Source: a virus
IMG/VR virus record: IMGVR_UViG_3300014911_000001
Coordinates: 32,001 to 96,000 of that record
Direction: 5' to 3' (one strand)
DNA length: 64,000 nucleotides
Shown in pieces: positions 12,699 to 25,299 of the stretch. How positions within the stretch are numbered: the first letter of the stretch is position 1; every line of letters begins with the position of its first letter. The translations under genes were made by a program, and so were the position numbers. The notes under the pieces were generated by a model. The model made no database searches. It had not been told where the DNA came from and saw only the letters and a program-made list of their open reading frames with translations.

Positions 12699-13445
12699 CT
12701 ATATATCCTTTTGCTCCCAAGATCTCCTTATGTCAATACAATTATTAATAAAATATTCCTCAAACTCATCTTTTGTTTCATCAACGAGCGTAAACATGTC
12801 ATTAATATCCTTTGCTTTCAGCGTATCCATAAGAATTTTATACCGGTGCCGCGCCTTCTTCTCATCACCCTGCTTAATAAGGTTTATAACAAACTTCTTT
12901 ACCTCCTCTACTAGCTCCTTATTCCTTTTCACGGCCTCATATAAATCCTTAACCTTTATCGTAAACTCAGTATCATTGTCATCTATCTGTACTACATCAT
13001 TAAGCTCACCTTTATACAGAAGCTCCATAAATACTATTTCGGCAACCATTTCCTTATATGCATTATCAATAATCATCTGCCTCTTTTTCCTGCACAACAC
13101 ATCACCATAGAATCTACCTATATCGCGAGCCGGCATGTAAATGATCTTATTTGATACAAGAAATGGTGCTATCGCCAATGCATTGAACTGATGGAGATTC
13201 ATCACCTCAACAGCTACGAATGGTTCATTGCTGAACAAACCACGGCAGTAGCCATTCCAATGCAACCTGATGAACTTATAATAGGTTATCTTTGCGTCTC
13301 TATTTTCCTCTATATCTCTATCGATATCGATGTCATCCTCCAGCAGGTATTCGTCATTATGGATTATAAGAATATACTTTGTCACATCCTTATCTGTCAT
13401 GCTTTCAACACCTTTTATGAGCTTCTCCTTATCAAATGTAAACAT
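12699..13445 (-). CDS. Hypothetical protein (248 aa)
   Basis: Long ORF, GGAGG RBS, TAATG coupling to upstream ORF. Confidence 0.7.
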   Translation of the reverse strand: MFTFDKEKLIKGVESMTDKDVTKYILIIHNDEYLLEDDIDIDRDIEENRDAKITYYKFIRLHWNGYCRGLFSNEPFVAVEVMNLHQFNALAIAPFLVSNKIIYMPARDIGRFYGDVLCRKKRQMIIDNAYKEMVAEIVFMELLYKGELNDVVQIDDNDTEFTIKVKDLYEAVKRNKELVEEVKKFVINLIKQGDEKKARHRYKILMDTLKAKDINDMFTLVDETKDEFEEYFINNCIDIRRSWEQKDI

Positions 13446-13684
13446 TATGCACCTCCCTCCTCCAACATTTCCTCTATTGCATCTAAATCATTGTCCCATA
13501 ATTCGATTGCTTCCTTGTATATGTCCCCAACCTCTTTAATTACTTCATACTCAAAGTATTCACCTAATATCTTAGCAACCTTTCCTTTACCATACTTTTT
13601 AATCAATTCTTCTAATCTTTTATCAACTATCACCCTTGACGGAATTTTGATTTTTAGTGTTTCCACTTGATACCTCCTTTTTTC

Positions 13685-14753
13685 TTAGTTACTTCTTAAG
13701 TCAAGCAATAATGTAGTTATGTAGTATTTTCCGATATCATTATTATGCAATCTACTATTCACATTATTGACCTTCAGATAGACACATGGATAATTACGCG
13801 TATAAAAATATGTAGATCTGATATTTGATATGTGAAAACCTTTCAATCTATAGCACATCTTTGGTGTTAATATAAGCGTTCGCATTTTCTCATTTATAAT
13901 ATATTTAAATATCTCCTTTCTTATTCTGTTCATGAAGTCGCAACGGAAAAGAACTGGTACATAATCACTCATATACACATAGACAATTTTCTCTATGTCA
14001 CTCATATTACACTCATAACTTTCACATAGGAAATTATACAACTCTGTTCCATATGCAGTTATATTGAAATTATTAAACCTCTTCTTTGTACCTGAGATTG
14101 TTATGAAGCCCGCCTTTATTTTCTTTGTTATAGTTGAGATAGCATAAGTTGGCGTCTCCTCAATCCTCACCTCCTTCTTAGGAACTAGTGCATAAACAAT
14201 TAGTTTCATGACTCCTCCTTGATTAGGTCTCAAGCTATGTTACCAATAATACTGTTATCCAATACTTGCCGATATCACTTTCATGAAGTAATTCATTAAC
14301 ATTGTTAACCTTAACATATACACAATTATAAACAACATCATCCCAATAGAGAGTAACATTATAATTATGAGAAATATGAGGATGATACCTTACATACCAA
14401 TATGACCTCCTTGTTAATGGAAGCGAAATGCACCTTCCAATAAGCCATTCGTATATTTCCATCTTTACCCTGCGACAATAGGATACTTCTGATGCACCAT
14501 ACATCACACTTATAAGATTTCTAATGTCTTCACAGACATTAGGCATCACACCCTCATAAAATATCGTAAACATCCTGCAAAGCTCATTCTTATCTATTTT
14601 TATATTGATCTGCTTGTACTTGCGTTTTACTCTGTGGACAGTTATGAAGCCCGCCTTCAACTTCTTCTCCAATATTTCCTTAACATACGCATGTACTTCA
14701 CCGAATTCTACTCTCCCTTTTGGGACAAGTGCATACACCAGAATACCATCCAT
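13685..14753 (-). other. Tandem paralog pair 13685-14233 and 14235-14753
   Basis: Shared VYALVPK, KAGFIT, CVY(L/V)KVNNVN, DIGKY(Y/W)IT. Confidence 0.75.
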
Positions 14754-14771
14754 GTTAAACCACCTTTATAC

Positions 14772-16064
14772 CTAATCAATCAATCCCTTTATCTTGTATA
14801 CTTTGAATCCATCGAATAATCTTATATTCTTTTCATCCGATAGAGCAAACACCCATGTTCTATCTCCTTTTATCATCTCCAAGCTATCCTGATCACATGG
14901 ATATCCATCAGTAGCCATGATTTTAACGTCATACTGCTTCCTAGCCGCCTCCTTAAATACCGGACGATAGAGAGTACCTCCCGACTTTATATCCATCACC
15001 TCAGGTACTTTCTCATTACCACTTATCCGCAACCATATGTCATCAGAGAAGAATACGATATCCAAGTTGCATCTGTTCTTTAGCGGCTTTAGCATGCTGA
15101 TGAAATACCTAACTTCCTCGTCCGTTATAGATAGAGATGTATCTACAGCAATGAATACAGATAGGATGAGCTTCTTGCTTTTCTTTATGAAGCCACGCCT
15201 ATCCTCTCTATTTAGCCGTATTTTCCTTGTGAACTTCAAGCTATTCATGCCGATAAGATATTTTATCAAGTGAACCAGATCCCATTTTTCATCAAGATCA
15301 AATGCACCTCTGTTCAATAGATTTCCCACTAAGCCGGCGCCTCTTGACGCCTGGCTCTTAATAATCTCTCTATCAGATTTACCTATGCCCGCTTTAGGAC
15401 AGGATCTGTAGGTATAAGGATAGAGCACAACCGCAGCCGGCCACTCAAAGACGATGTATCTATCAGACACAACAGCTATTTTATCTTCTATCACATCTAT
15501 ACCAACACTAAATAACCGCTTACCCGATGAAAGAAGATCTTTAAACTTCTTCTGATCGCTATCCTTGTTCAGATCAAGCACATAACGATCCTTTAGACTG
15601 TCAATTAATTCCTTTGCAACAGTCTTATATTCAATATTATAATCAGGTATCCCGAATGAATCAGCATTCACCCCTATCTGCTTATAGTATAATCCGACAT
15701 AGTAATTAACAACCACATCGAAGACGATATTCCTGAATGCTTGAGCCTCCACTTTATCCTTCAATCCTGATATCTCATCAACCTTTGCCGCTATCATTGA
15801 ATCGAAATGTCCCAGCAAGATGTGCAGTAATTCGTGCACTAATATTGATGCAATATAATCAGGATCCTTCGACTCTACCGTAACAGGATTCAATACGATT
15901 TTCATCTCATCGGTAGCAAACCCTTCGTACCCTATAATGAGATCTCCTTTTTCGCGACTGCTTGATACCACAATAGGATACTTAGCAAGAAGCATAAGGA
16001 GCGCGGGATCCCGGCTCCCTATGCTCATACGCGCATAAGTTAATTTTTTATTTTTATCTATCAT
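14772..16064 (-). CDS. VWA-like domain protein with N-terminal HExxH metallopeptidase-like domain (DUF2201 type)
   Basis: HELLH; MIDAS-like DTSLS, GGT, ATDGY; coupled to upstream AAA gene. Confidence 0.8.
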   Translation of the reverse strand: MIDKNKKLTYARMSIGSRDPALLMLLAKYPIVVSSSREKGDLIIGYEGFATDEMKIVLNPVTVESKDPDYIASILVHELLHILLGHFDSMIAAKVDEISGLKDKVEAQAFRNIVFDVVVNYYVGLYYKQIGVNADSFGIPDYNIEYKTVAKELIDSLKDRYVLDLNKDSDQKKFKDLLSSGKRLFSVGIDVIEDKIAVVSDRYIVFEWPAAVVLYPYTYRSCPKAGIGKSDREIIKSQASRGAGLVGNLLNRGAFDLDEKWDLVHLIKYLIGMNSLKFTRKIRLNREDRRGFIKKSKKLILSVFIAVDTSLSITDEEVRYFISMLKPLKNRCNLDIVFFSDDIWLRISGNEKVPEVMDIKSGGTLYRPVFKEAARKQYDVKIMATDGYPCDQDSLEMIKGDRTWVFALSDEKNIRLFDGFKVYKIKGLID

Positions 16065-17119
16065 TATGACCTCTTTTGTTTACGAGATGACTTTCTATAC
16101 TCCTCGACGACCTCTTTTATTACCTCAAAGTTATCCGGATCCTCCTTCTTAAACCGTGAGAGGAAGTTATGTATATCAACATTATCGTGCATTGCTAGAG
16201 TTCCCGTGAAAATATCCGGGAACTTATCAGCAAGAAATGCTGCCATGTGCCCAGCGAGAGGGTGATATGTCTGCTTATCCATGCATTCACTTATGATTCT
16301 TGATGTATAGAAGTATAGGAGACCATACTGATCCTTGGGCAACTGTTTCACAAGCGTCGGATTCTTCTTCAGCTCATCATACTTCGGGATTTTCTTGTAA
16401 TCCGACTCGACGAAGCCCTTGATGGCCGCCGCTACCTCAGCACCTACATAGACATCTATGTGGTCGATAGGAAGCCCCGCCTTCATCATCTCGGAGCAAT
16501 CCTCTATAGCTCTTGGAGGCACACCCATCGTATCCGCATCAAGTTTCATGTGCTGGTTATAGATCGAGAAGAACATAAGGAGCCTTTCATCCCAGCCTTG
16601 TTTAACTCCATATTCAAGGACCTCTTCTACTTTCGGTACCAGCTTTACCTTCGCGCTCCTCTCTATGAATGCGTCATCCATCTCTATAACGATATAATTA
16701 TCTTTGCCCTCCTGGATATTAGCCGTCATAACGATAAACGTGCCTTTAGGAAGCGGGCGTCCATTGAATGTCTTATACTGTATAACTTCAAATAATGCCT
16801 GCTGTATGAACGGATTACACCTATTTACCTCGTCAATAAGAAACACTGTATTTTCTTTCTCAGGAAACCAATCAGTATATGTGAATTGAGATTTACCATC
16901 TTTCACAATGATTTTTCCGAGCAGATCACCAACATCCTCCATATCGCCGGGCTTAAACTTCTTAAATGGCAGGCCGTGCTCATCAGCAAATTCTTTAACT
17001 ATGGCAGTCTTGCCGACTCCTGTTGCGCCGACAATAAGCACCGGCTTCCCTGCCTTTCTCGCAGCAGGTAGAATCGTATCTTTTACTTCCTTTATGTTCT
17101 TTACTGCATATTCTACCAT
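16064..17119 (-). CDS. MoxR-like AAA+ ATPase
   Basis: Walker A GATGVGKT, Walker B FLIDEVNR, TAN sensor, DDAFIER. Confidence 0.85.
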   Translation of the reverse strand: MVEYAVKNIKEVKDTILPAARKAGKPVLIVGATGVGKTAIVKEFADEHGLPFKKFKPGDMEDVGDLLGKIIVKDGKSQFTYTDWFPEKENTVFLIDEVNRCNPFIQQALFEVIQYKTFNGRPLPKGTFIVMTANIQEGKDNYIVIEMDDAFIERSAKVKLVPKVEEVLEYGVKQGWDERLLMFFSIYNQHMKLDADTMGVPPRAIEDCSEMMKAGLPIDHIDVYVGAEVAAAIKGFVESDYKKIPKYDELKKNPTLVKQLPKDQYGLLYFYTSRIISECMDKQTYHPLAGHMAAFLADKFPDIFTGTLAMHDNVDIHNFLSRFKKEDPDNFEVIKEVVEEYRKSSRKQKRS

Positions 17120-17140
17120 CTTGACCTCCTTTTTGTTTAA

Positions 17141-17737
17141 TTAATAATGACAATCAAAATAGACAACCCAATAATTATTGATGTCCCTTTCACTTAATGG
17201 TTTGTCATCGTACTTGATATATTCACCTCCCTCAGGCATGCGCTTATGATATATGCAACCTGCACTCATTAAGTCTTCATATAAACTTTTACTCAGATTA
17301 TGGACAACAATGTGATTATATACATTTTGCCATTCACCATAATTATTTGTGTGGGGATAAAACTGTTCATTTTCATACATCAACATAAATTTGATGAACT
17401 TTTTTATATTCTTATTAAATGCAAGTATAAGCGCTTCGTACCATATCCTCATTGAGTACACATATTCATTGATAGCATCAGATAGCTTTAATATCGTTCT
17501 GCTAACATGGAGCATCTGATAAGGATAATGTGGGGAATCATAGATGAGGTCATTGAATGCCATGTCGATGAATCGGCCGCACGGTAAGCAATAGTCAAAT
17601 CCTAATTCCTCAATATCAACATCATTATACATGAAATCATCAGCTTTATGCAGCGCTTCTGCCCTTGTCTTTGCTACCTCTTTTGGTACAAGAACATGTA
17701 ACAGCGTGTGCATGGTATCACCTCCTTTACATGTCAT
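17141..17737 (-). CDS. Hypothetical protein
   Basis: HVLVPK N-terminus and WVVYFDCHY C-terminus; RBS before second Met. Confidence 0.65.
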   Translation of the reverse strand: MTCKGGDTMHTLLHVLVPKEVAKTRAEALHKADDFMYNDVDIEELGFDYCLPCGRFIDMAFNDLIYDSPHYPYQMLHVSRTILKLSDAINEYVYSMRIWYEALILAFNKNIKKFIKFMLMYENEQFYPHTNNYGEWQNVYNHIVVHNLSKSLYEDLMSAGCIYHKRMPEGGEYIKYDDKPLSERDINNYWVVYFDCHY

Positions 17738-19292
17738 CCTCCTTTTCCATATTTATTATAGCTTGTTCAACAAAAATCGCAATAATATCCTCCGGAAAGT
17801 AGTCATATGGAATTGACTCATCGTATTCTTTAGTAAGCGCGCCGCCCAATGTCAGAGCCTCCACAGTAACGCTATCAGTATTGCCATAAGGATCCTTTAC
17901 CACTAATGGAACATCGAGATAGACTTCGCCAAATTTGCACTGTCCCAAAACTGCCAACAACTGCAACCTTTGCATTGTCATTTTTAACTCCTTATGATTG
18001 TTCTACTATTAATTGTAATTCTAATTATCATAAGTTTTTATGTGCCAATAAATTGACTTTATCATAAGGAAAGGTAAACAGTTACAAGAATAGGCAGAAA
18101 TAGGGCAAAGCCCGCCGGCCTCTCCATTCCCAAAAAGTGTTGCTAACTCATTGATTTTCAAAGAGCTAATGAGGCCTGCCGCGGGCTTCCCCATCAACCC
18201 TAATAATAGTCCCATCACCACTTGCCCTTTCTCATCATATGAAATGTTACACCAACCATTATAATATATAATATTGCGATTACAAAAGCACCTGGGTCTG
18301 TATTCATTTCTCTACTCCCCCCCCCACATTAGTACTTATTAACAATCATTATATACTGTTATTGTATTGCCAGTAATTTCGTTCTCTATGACAACACGAC
18401 ATGGTAAAAGAAGACGATATTTTCGTAGCAATTCTGCCAACTCATCTTCCAGTATTTCAGCCCATTCCTTATTTCTGGCATCAACAAATAACGATTTGAT
18501 GGTAAAAACCGTCCTCATAATATCCTCCTTTATTCATTCTTTCCCAACCCACTTTCTTCCGTCTGTTTTATTTTACATTTGATGCTGAGATACTTTTCAA
18601 CATTCCTATACAATATATTATAAAACTCCACATGCAAGTCATAATTAACTAGGTTAGATATACGCTTAAGTTCTCTTTTATCCAGATTCTTAATCATGCG
18701 ATACAATTCTTTATCTACATTATGGCCCGAGATTTTCTTATACCAGAAAGCAACTGCTATAAGTTCATGTGTCAATTTAAATTTAAATTTGGGGGGCTTA
18801 GCTTTTGCTCTACTAGAATCAACTAATATTAATTTCATAATATCCTCCGTTGTGCCTTCTTTAATTTTTTGATAATCCATTTCTTCAAACTATCTGGCAC
18901 CTCTTCCCATGTAACTCGCCGCCCTAATGACGACATATGAATATCAGATTTCTCACCGATATAATATAGAACACCAAGAGGATGCTCTGGATCTTTCGAA
19001 GCACCATATACATCCCTATTGTTTATTACCACTGTGTAACAATCTATAACGCCGGGATTATAATAGATTTTCACCTCAGATGGCTTTGGCCATGTTTTAC
19101 ACATCAATAAGTTGACTTTCTTACCCATTATCTTCATAAAATGTTGCAGAGATGAACTCACTTCCTACTATTTTACCACAGAACTCACACTCCACATCAA
19201 ATGGTGGTAAACCGACAACATTAATATCAACCTCGAATATCGTTCCGCAATATGGGCATTTTAATTCATAACCAGTGATTTTTTCATTCATA

Positions 19293-19820
19293 TTATCCCT
19301 CCTTTTCCTTACTTAATGCTTTCATATATAGATATGAAAGCCGATCCATATTAAGCTTTGCGCAATGCTCACATACTGGAATGGGATTACAAAGATATCT
19401 TGATTCGCTATGTATTACTAGCTTCTCATCGTAATATGAGGTGCCTATGTACATGTTTCTGGTAAGGATCCTACCACAAATACCACACCTTTTTTGCTCC
19501 TCAGGCGGTTTTCTCAAAGTATCGATCACATCAGCTAATTCACAGAGGCGGGCTTCAATTGCTTTGATACTTTTCTCAAGTTCTTTCTGCATTTTATTAT
19601 GATATTCATTGTGGTCAATTTTGTATTCCCTCATATTGCCAAATAATACGTCAATTCTCATTTCAACATTTTCCCGCATGTTGTTAAGATCCTCTTTTAG
19701 CTTTCCAAGGTCTAATTCTAATGTACGGATCCAATTATCTATCATTGAAATACGACTTTCCATTTCCTTCTTTTTCTTTCTACTGAACATTTTATACCTC
19801 CTTTGTTTTTTGTTCATCAA
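19293..19820 (-). CDS. Coiled-coil plus Zn-finger protein
   Basis: Heptad-rich N-terminus; CGIC...CEHC. Confidence 0.6.
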   Translation of the reverse strand: MMNKKQRRYKMFSRKKKKEMESRISMIDNWIRTLELDLGKLKEDLNNMRENVEMRIDVLFGNMREYKIDHNEYHNKMQKELEKSIKAIEARLCELADVIDTLRKPPEEQKRCGICGRILTRNMYIGTSYYDEKLVIHSESRYLCNPIPVCEHCAKLNMDRLSYLYMKALSKEKEG

Positions 19821-19825
19821 ATTGA

Positions 19826-21216
19826 CTACAAATCATTGGATTCAAGAAACTGGCGGACCTCTTCCACTATCCGCTTTATTATATCGTACCTCCTTATCGA
19901 ATTTAACGATATTACTTCATCACGGGTTAAATATTGTCCATATAATTTCTCTACATGTCCATTTTCAAACCTATAACCATACATTGATCCGTCCTCAGCA
20001 ATGAATTCAACCTGTGCTTTCTCAAGGTAAGGCGAGAGGGCTTCAAGCAGAACATCAAAATCATCCCACCTATCAAAATAATCGCAATCCTCGATCATCA
20101 GGAAATTATGGCCAGTAGACTCATTACGGATAACAGATACACTACAACCTTGCAAAATCCGTGCGGATCCGGATATAGACGCAGCCTTCTTTATAGCCTC
20201 CTTTATATCGTGGGTTGTAACACCATCCTTCACAGCAATAATATAGAAGCTGAGTGTGCTATACTGGGACATCCCTATCCTCCCTGTTTATTATTATGCT
20301 CATCATTTCTTTTATCAACCGTTTTGATAATTCATCGAAGAACCCTCCAAACACAGCAACCAGCATATCCGCGTCTTCTAATGGCACAAATATTCCCTTT
20401 GTTTCAATAAGCCGGCCGTTTTCCACACGGTACCCATGTAGTGTAGCATCATCCTCAAACAATTCTATCTCAGCAAAATCAACAATATCCTTTATAGCAT
20501 TCATTATTCTTTCTACATCCTTGACAGGTACTAATGCATCCATACTAAACCTTGAAAGCCACATACGCGGGCGGTCAAGTGTGAGTCTCGTAAATCCTGT
20601 TTTGAGCATATAGCGAGCAGCTTCATTATCAATCTTTTTTATTACTCTAAGGATGTTGTCAAATTTTTTCTCATCAGCGTATATGTCAAAACTAATTATT
20701 ATAGCTCTTCTTTCAGTCCTGAGTTCTTTACATATGTTATCCATCATATCCTCCCTATTGAAAAATATCACTTGTGTTCTATTCCTAATCCTTCATCATG
20801 GAAGCCACTTCCTTTATTAACCTCCTTGCTATCTTTCCAGACTTGTTTCCAAATAGTGCACTTATTAGTTGCGCGTCGTCTACTGGTACAAATATGCCTC
20901 TTGTCTCTATAATCTGCCCATCCTCTACCCAATACCCTACGAGGTTATCATCATCACGAAGCATTTCAATACTTGCAAGATCAACCTTATCCTTGATAGT
21001 ATCTAGTATCTCCTTTACATCTTCTATAGGAAGCCACATATCAGGATCAAATCTTGCAAGGTGTGCGTAATCATCATCTCTACTAGTTATAAAGCACGCA
21101 TAAATCATGTAGCGGGCGGCCTCATTATCAATTCCCTTTATAACATCAATAATCTCACCAACTTTCCCTTTATCTACAGAGAATTCGAAATTTAGTAGTA
21201 TAGCTTTATCACCCAT
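19826..21216 (-). other. Three tandem paralogs (19826-20272, 20259-20771, 20785-21216)
   Basis: Shared IDNEAARYM (last two) and GY(R/W)(F/V)E(N/D)G motifs. Confidence 0.7.
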
Positions 21217-21511
21217 CTTTATTACTCTCCTTTCTTGGAGGCGGCGGCTTCACCCCTGCATGCAATGCTAGAATGAACCATCGTCTCCTAGCTTCTTCTA
21301 AGCCGGCCAGCGCGGCCTCTCTTGTCTCTCCCATACTCATGCATCCGGGCAGATCCTCTATCTCTGCAACCCATTCATCATTCCACTTCCATACCTTAAT
21401 CGCATAGCTGCGCTTCATATACTTTTCTATTTCATCCTTATATTTCCTTTCTACCTCTGCAAGTTCATCGTTACTTATGAACCTTCCCATGCCATTATCC
21501 TCCTTTAACAT
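21209..21511 (-). CDS. hicB: HicB-family antitoxin-like protein
   Basis: WVAEIEDLPGCMSMGETREAAL...LEEA...PPP is the HicB N-terminal signature. Confidence 0.8.
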   Translation of the reverse strand: MLKEDNGMGRFISNDELAEVERKYKDEIEKYMKRSYAIKVWKWNDEWVAEIEDLPGCMSMGETREAALAGLEEARRRWFILALHAGVKPPPPRKESNKDG

Positions 21512-21909
21512 TTACCGCCTCCATATAACTCTTTCAAATCCTTTTCCATTTCCTCAAGGCATTTTTCACATCTATCACATCTTTGTGGGAACCATCTTTT
21601 GTGTTTCTTACACCATTCGAGACCCGGTTCCCACAAGGGGCATTGGTGGTCTTCATCTGTTCCTACCTCTCCATTGATACCGAGTCTTTCAAGCTCTTCC
21701 TCTTTCATACAACCAGCATCTAACATACTGCCACCGGATAATGCTACACCCGACGGGGACGGATCGAACCATTCTTCATAATAATGCTTACATGTTTTAC
21801 ATATACCTACCTCTATATTCATGTAGGACCTCCTTATCATTAATAAATGACAACCATAATGACAATAAAAATGACAATGAAGCCGCGGCTTCACCCATAA
21901 CCCTTTTAT

Positions 21910-22018
21910 AGGCGGCGGTTTTTACGGGTCTGCACCTCGACCCTATTAAACTACCGACCTGACAGCCCGGTGCGAGGCCTTCAACGGTCGGGTGGGATTG
22001 ATACCCACATCGCCGCCT
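21910..22018 (-). ncRNA. Candidate structured RNA, multi-stem junction with complementary loops
   Basis: Closing stem AGGCGGCG/CGCCGCCU, three inner hairpins, loops GCACC and GGUGC; intergenic. Confidence 0.55.
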
Positions 22019-22325
22019 GCTTATAATATCACTCATCCTTTTGTTTTGTTGCCTTATAATTGACAATAACTTATTCGTCAATCAAGGAAGCGCGTCTTCC
22101 TTCTTCAAGAAAGCGCGGCTCCTTTCCTAAAAACACTACCCTTACAAGATCCATAAATGCATCTACATAGATTCTACCTCTTACCTTCCATGGTAGTGAG
22201 CTCCACCTCTCATCATATTCTAACCTGCCTATCAATGACATTGCACAACATGAGAATATAATCCTGTACAAAAGACCATCAATAAAATTATTAAACCTCT
22301 GCTCCATTCTTCGCATTAATCTCAT

Positions 22326-23180
22326 TTATGTAATATGTTTTTGTATTCCATCTACCCACACCTCTAACCCATTTTGGTAGACAGTGTGGGTAGAACCATC
22401 ATTTAACGTGACACAAGCATATATAGTATTATATTCATCTTTACAGATTCTAATAGATTTTATCCCATAGGATTTAAATTCCTCATATCCTCGGAGACAT
22501 AGCCATGGGTAATAATAACATCTATCTTCTATTTCAACCCCTTCGGCTTCACTTATTTCTCTTATTCTCTGCCGAAGGGGTTCAAGTGATTCTTCGACCA
22601 GCTCCTCCAGCCTTCGTCGGAGCCGGTCGCAATAAATATCTCCCCTCTCGTCTCTCCCACTTTCACATTGCCCATTATAAAAATATGGGCAATCTTCGCA
22701 ATTCTGAACCCTCATCAACTCTTCCTCTATAGAAGAGTATTCATCTGTTTTCACTAACATGCCTTTCCTCACCCATATATAAATCTTCGCCAATAACTCA
22801 GCGAGGCTGCCGGCTTCATACATCACCACATAACTAATGCTGTCCCATCCATGGTCGATATAACCACCACATAACTTACTACCATCTAATCCTTCTATAC
22901 CAAGACATACTCTTATCTTACCACCTACTTCTATTTCATCATCTACCATAACACAATGAGGACACTCAGAGATTATTTCATCAGCAACAGGTGCCTTAAT
23001 AGCCACACCTTGCATAATAAGCCGCCGTAGTTCTGCATTATTAAAGTGGTACTCGAGCTCCCATTTATCGCCCTTATGTTTCCGCCAGTAGAAGCCGCCG
23101 CCTCCCTGAGGGAAGCCGGCTTCCTTCAACTTCCTACATAACTCCAAACTAGGAACAAGCTTTCTTATGTTACACATCAT
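22326..23180 (-). CDS. Hypothetical protein; N-domain paralogous to 23170-23553
   Basis: Shared LVPSxxLCxxL...YW...AP motif. Confidence 0.7.
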   Translation of the reverse strand: MMCNIRKLVPSLELCRKLKEAGFPQGGGGFYWRKHKGDKWELEYHFNNAELRRLIMQGVAIKAPVADEIISECPHCVMVDDEIEVGGKIRVCLGIEGLDGSKLCGGYIDHGWDSISYVVMYEAGSLAELLAKIYIWVRKGMLVKTDEYSSIEEELMRVQNCEDCPYFYNGQCESGRDERGDIYCDRLRRRLEELVEESLEPLRQRIREISEAEGVEIEDRCYYYPWLCLRGYEEFKSYGIKSIRICKDEYNTIYACVTLNDGSTHTVYQNGLEVWVDGIQKHIT

Positions 23181-23813
23181 CCGCCTCCTTTTTCTTTATT
23201 TCTATTAACTGCTCCGCCACCTTATTTGTAAGCAACCCTATTACCTCTCTTACAAAATCACTCCTCTCCATTAGTACATACAACAGGCGACATATGAGCA
23301 CATCAAGGGTCGGGGCTTCATACATACACACAACCCTATCATGTTCAATAAAATTCCTATGAATCAGATGAAATGCATCTCTTATATCTGCTGTATAATC
23401 AGGACAAATGCTATGGTCCTTACTACTATCATCCTCATATAGCACCCAATAATATTCAGTATCCCTATGATGAATTCCCAGCTTCTCAAGTTGCATACAT
23501 AGGTCAACACTTGGTACAAGACACTCAAATTTTGGTGATAAACCTTCGAACATTATTTACCTCCTTAATTTAAAGAATATGCTACCTTCTTGCAAGAACC
23601 GCCCTTATACATTATACAAGGCTTAGATTTCCCATATTCATCAGTCCTCCATACAACAACATACATATCCGGCGCCGCCTTCCTACAAATTTTGCGGGCT
23701 TCTCTCCTCGCCCGCTTAAACTTCCTGTACTCACCTACTATCGTAATCCCGCCGGCTTCACATAAAATAACAGTATATCTGTCCACACGAAATTCTTCAT
23801 TCCCTGTCCGCAT

Positions 23814-24248
23814 TTATTCCTCCTTAACATCGGATTTAACCATTCTATAATCCTCAAAAACCTTCCATTCTTTTCGCTCATCATCCCATACCTTCCTATA
23901 TTTCATCCACATTACGAACGCAAGCCAAAGTTGCTCAAAGGACTCAAATCCCTTCACATCACCAGTAAGCCAGTTGCCCTTCTGCTCGCGTATCCACTCG
24001 TCAAACAACACATGCTTCCACGCCAATCCATCAGGGATCATCTCCTGCAATTGATCCTGTCGAGGAAGCCAAATTTGTAAATAGGAAGGATCCAACCCCT
24101 TGGACTTATGAAAGACCGCTATACCCACGAGAATATCTTTTTTCATTCCTGCAAATTCTGCATAAAAATCTCCCTCGCGGGGCTCCCATTCACTCCGTAA
24201 TTCCTCCGCCTTAACACACATCTCAATATATTTAGATGACAAATCCAT
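23814..24248 (-). CDS. Phage hypothetical protein
   Basis: Well-formed ORF with RBS; WLPRQDQLQEM, SFEQLWLAFVM. Confidence 0.7.
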   Translation of the reverse strand: MDLSSKYIEMCVKAEELRSEWEPREGDFYAEFAGMKKDILVGIAVFHKSKGLDPSYLQIWLPRQDQLQEMIPDGLAWKHVLFDEWIREQKGNWLTGDVKGFESFEQLWLAFVMWMKYRKVWDDERKEWKVFEDYRMVKSDVKEE

Positions 24249-25299
24249 TCAGGATACCTCCTTATCCACATCAAACAAATCCTAAAGGGCGCGGGCTTCA
24301 CAACAAATACTCCCGCTTAATCCTCCCTATCTCTGCATTAATCTCTTCTATCCGCCGCCTCACTCTCCTTAACCTATCCCAGTCCTCACCCGATACCAAA
24401 AAATCATCCAAAACAACCGCCTCACTCCAAGGAGTAGACGAAGCCTCACGCGGTAACGCACGAACCTCCACAGGCTCATTAGATAAACGCCACCTCTCCT
24501 CAGCTAACCTCCTCACCTTCTCCCTCATCTGCTCCCTCACATATAAAAACCCCTTTGCAATGTTTATAATATGCCTCAATCTGAATAAATCAACCTCACT
24601 CCGCACCTCCAACGGTATCTCCTCAACAAGAGACCCAGCTACCTTCCCGCCATGTTCACGACGCACCCTATCCACCAAACTCATTATAACATCCGACGTC
24701 ACATTAGCAAACGATAACGACTCAAATTCCTTCTCCACATCACGCGATATCGAAGCTATACGCCTCGCATTGATCAACGACTTAAATAATGCCATACTTA
24801 CACCTCCTTGTATGTTTTCCTCTCACATAACATCTTCCCTATCAATAACATCTAAGGCATACCGCGCGGCTTCCTCTATATCACCAAACTCCTTATACCT
24901 AACATTCCACTTCGACGGCTTCCTCCCATATCCACCAACCTCTCTCCCCGTCCCCGCATCTACCACAATAATCTCACCAGGAATAAAAACATCCCTCATA
25001 ATACGATGAATATGCCACCTCCTTCCCTCATGCTCAATATCAAACTCATGAAGCTGCGAAAACAACACCTTCTCACCAGCACAAGAATCAACAAACATAT
25101 ACCCATCATCCGTCAACGATATACACGTATCCGCACAACAACGCTCACCATGCTCAGATGTAGGATCCGAAATTACACCCTCAATAACAATAAACTTCAA
25201 ATCCATGTTATTACCTCCTGTTAATGTTGTTAATACCCCCGTTACATCCAATGCATAACCTCTATGTCAATCCATTACCCAACCATAACCAAGCCAAAC

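Noticed and set aside
18317-18325. C9 homopolymer as phase-variation switch
   Set aside because: No clear frameshifted gene spans it; it may simply be a G-rich RBS
24236-25009. 257-aa + strand ORF
   Set aside because: Antisense to two RBS-bearing genes; stop-poor because of extreme C/A skew
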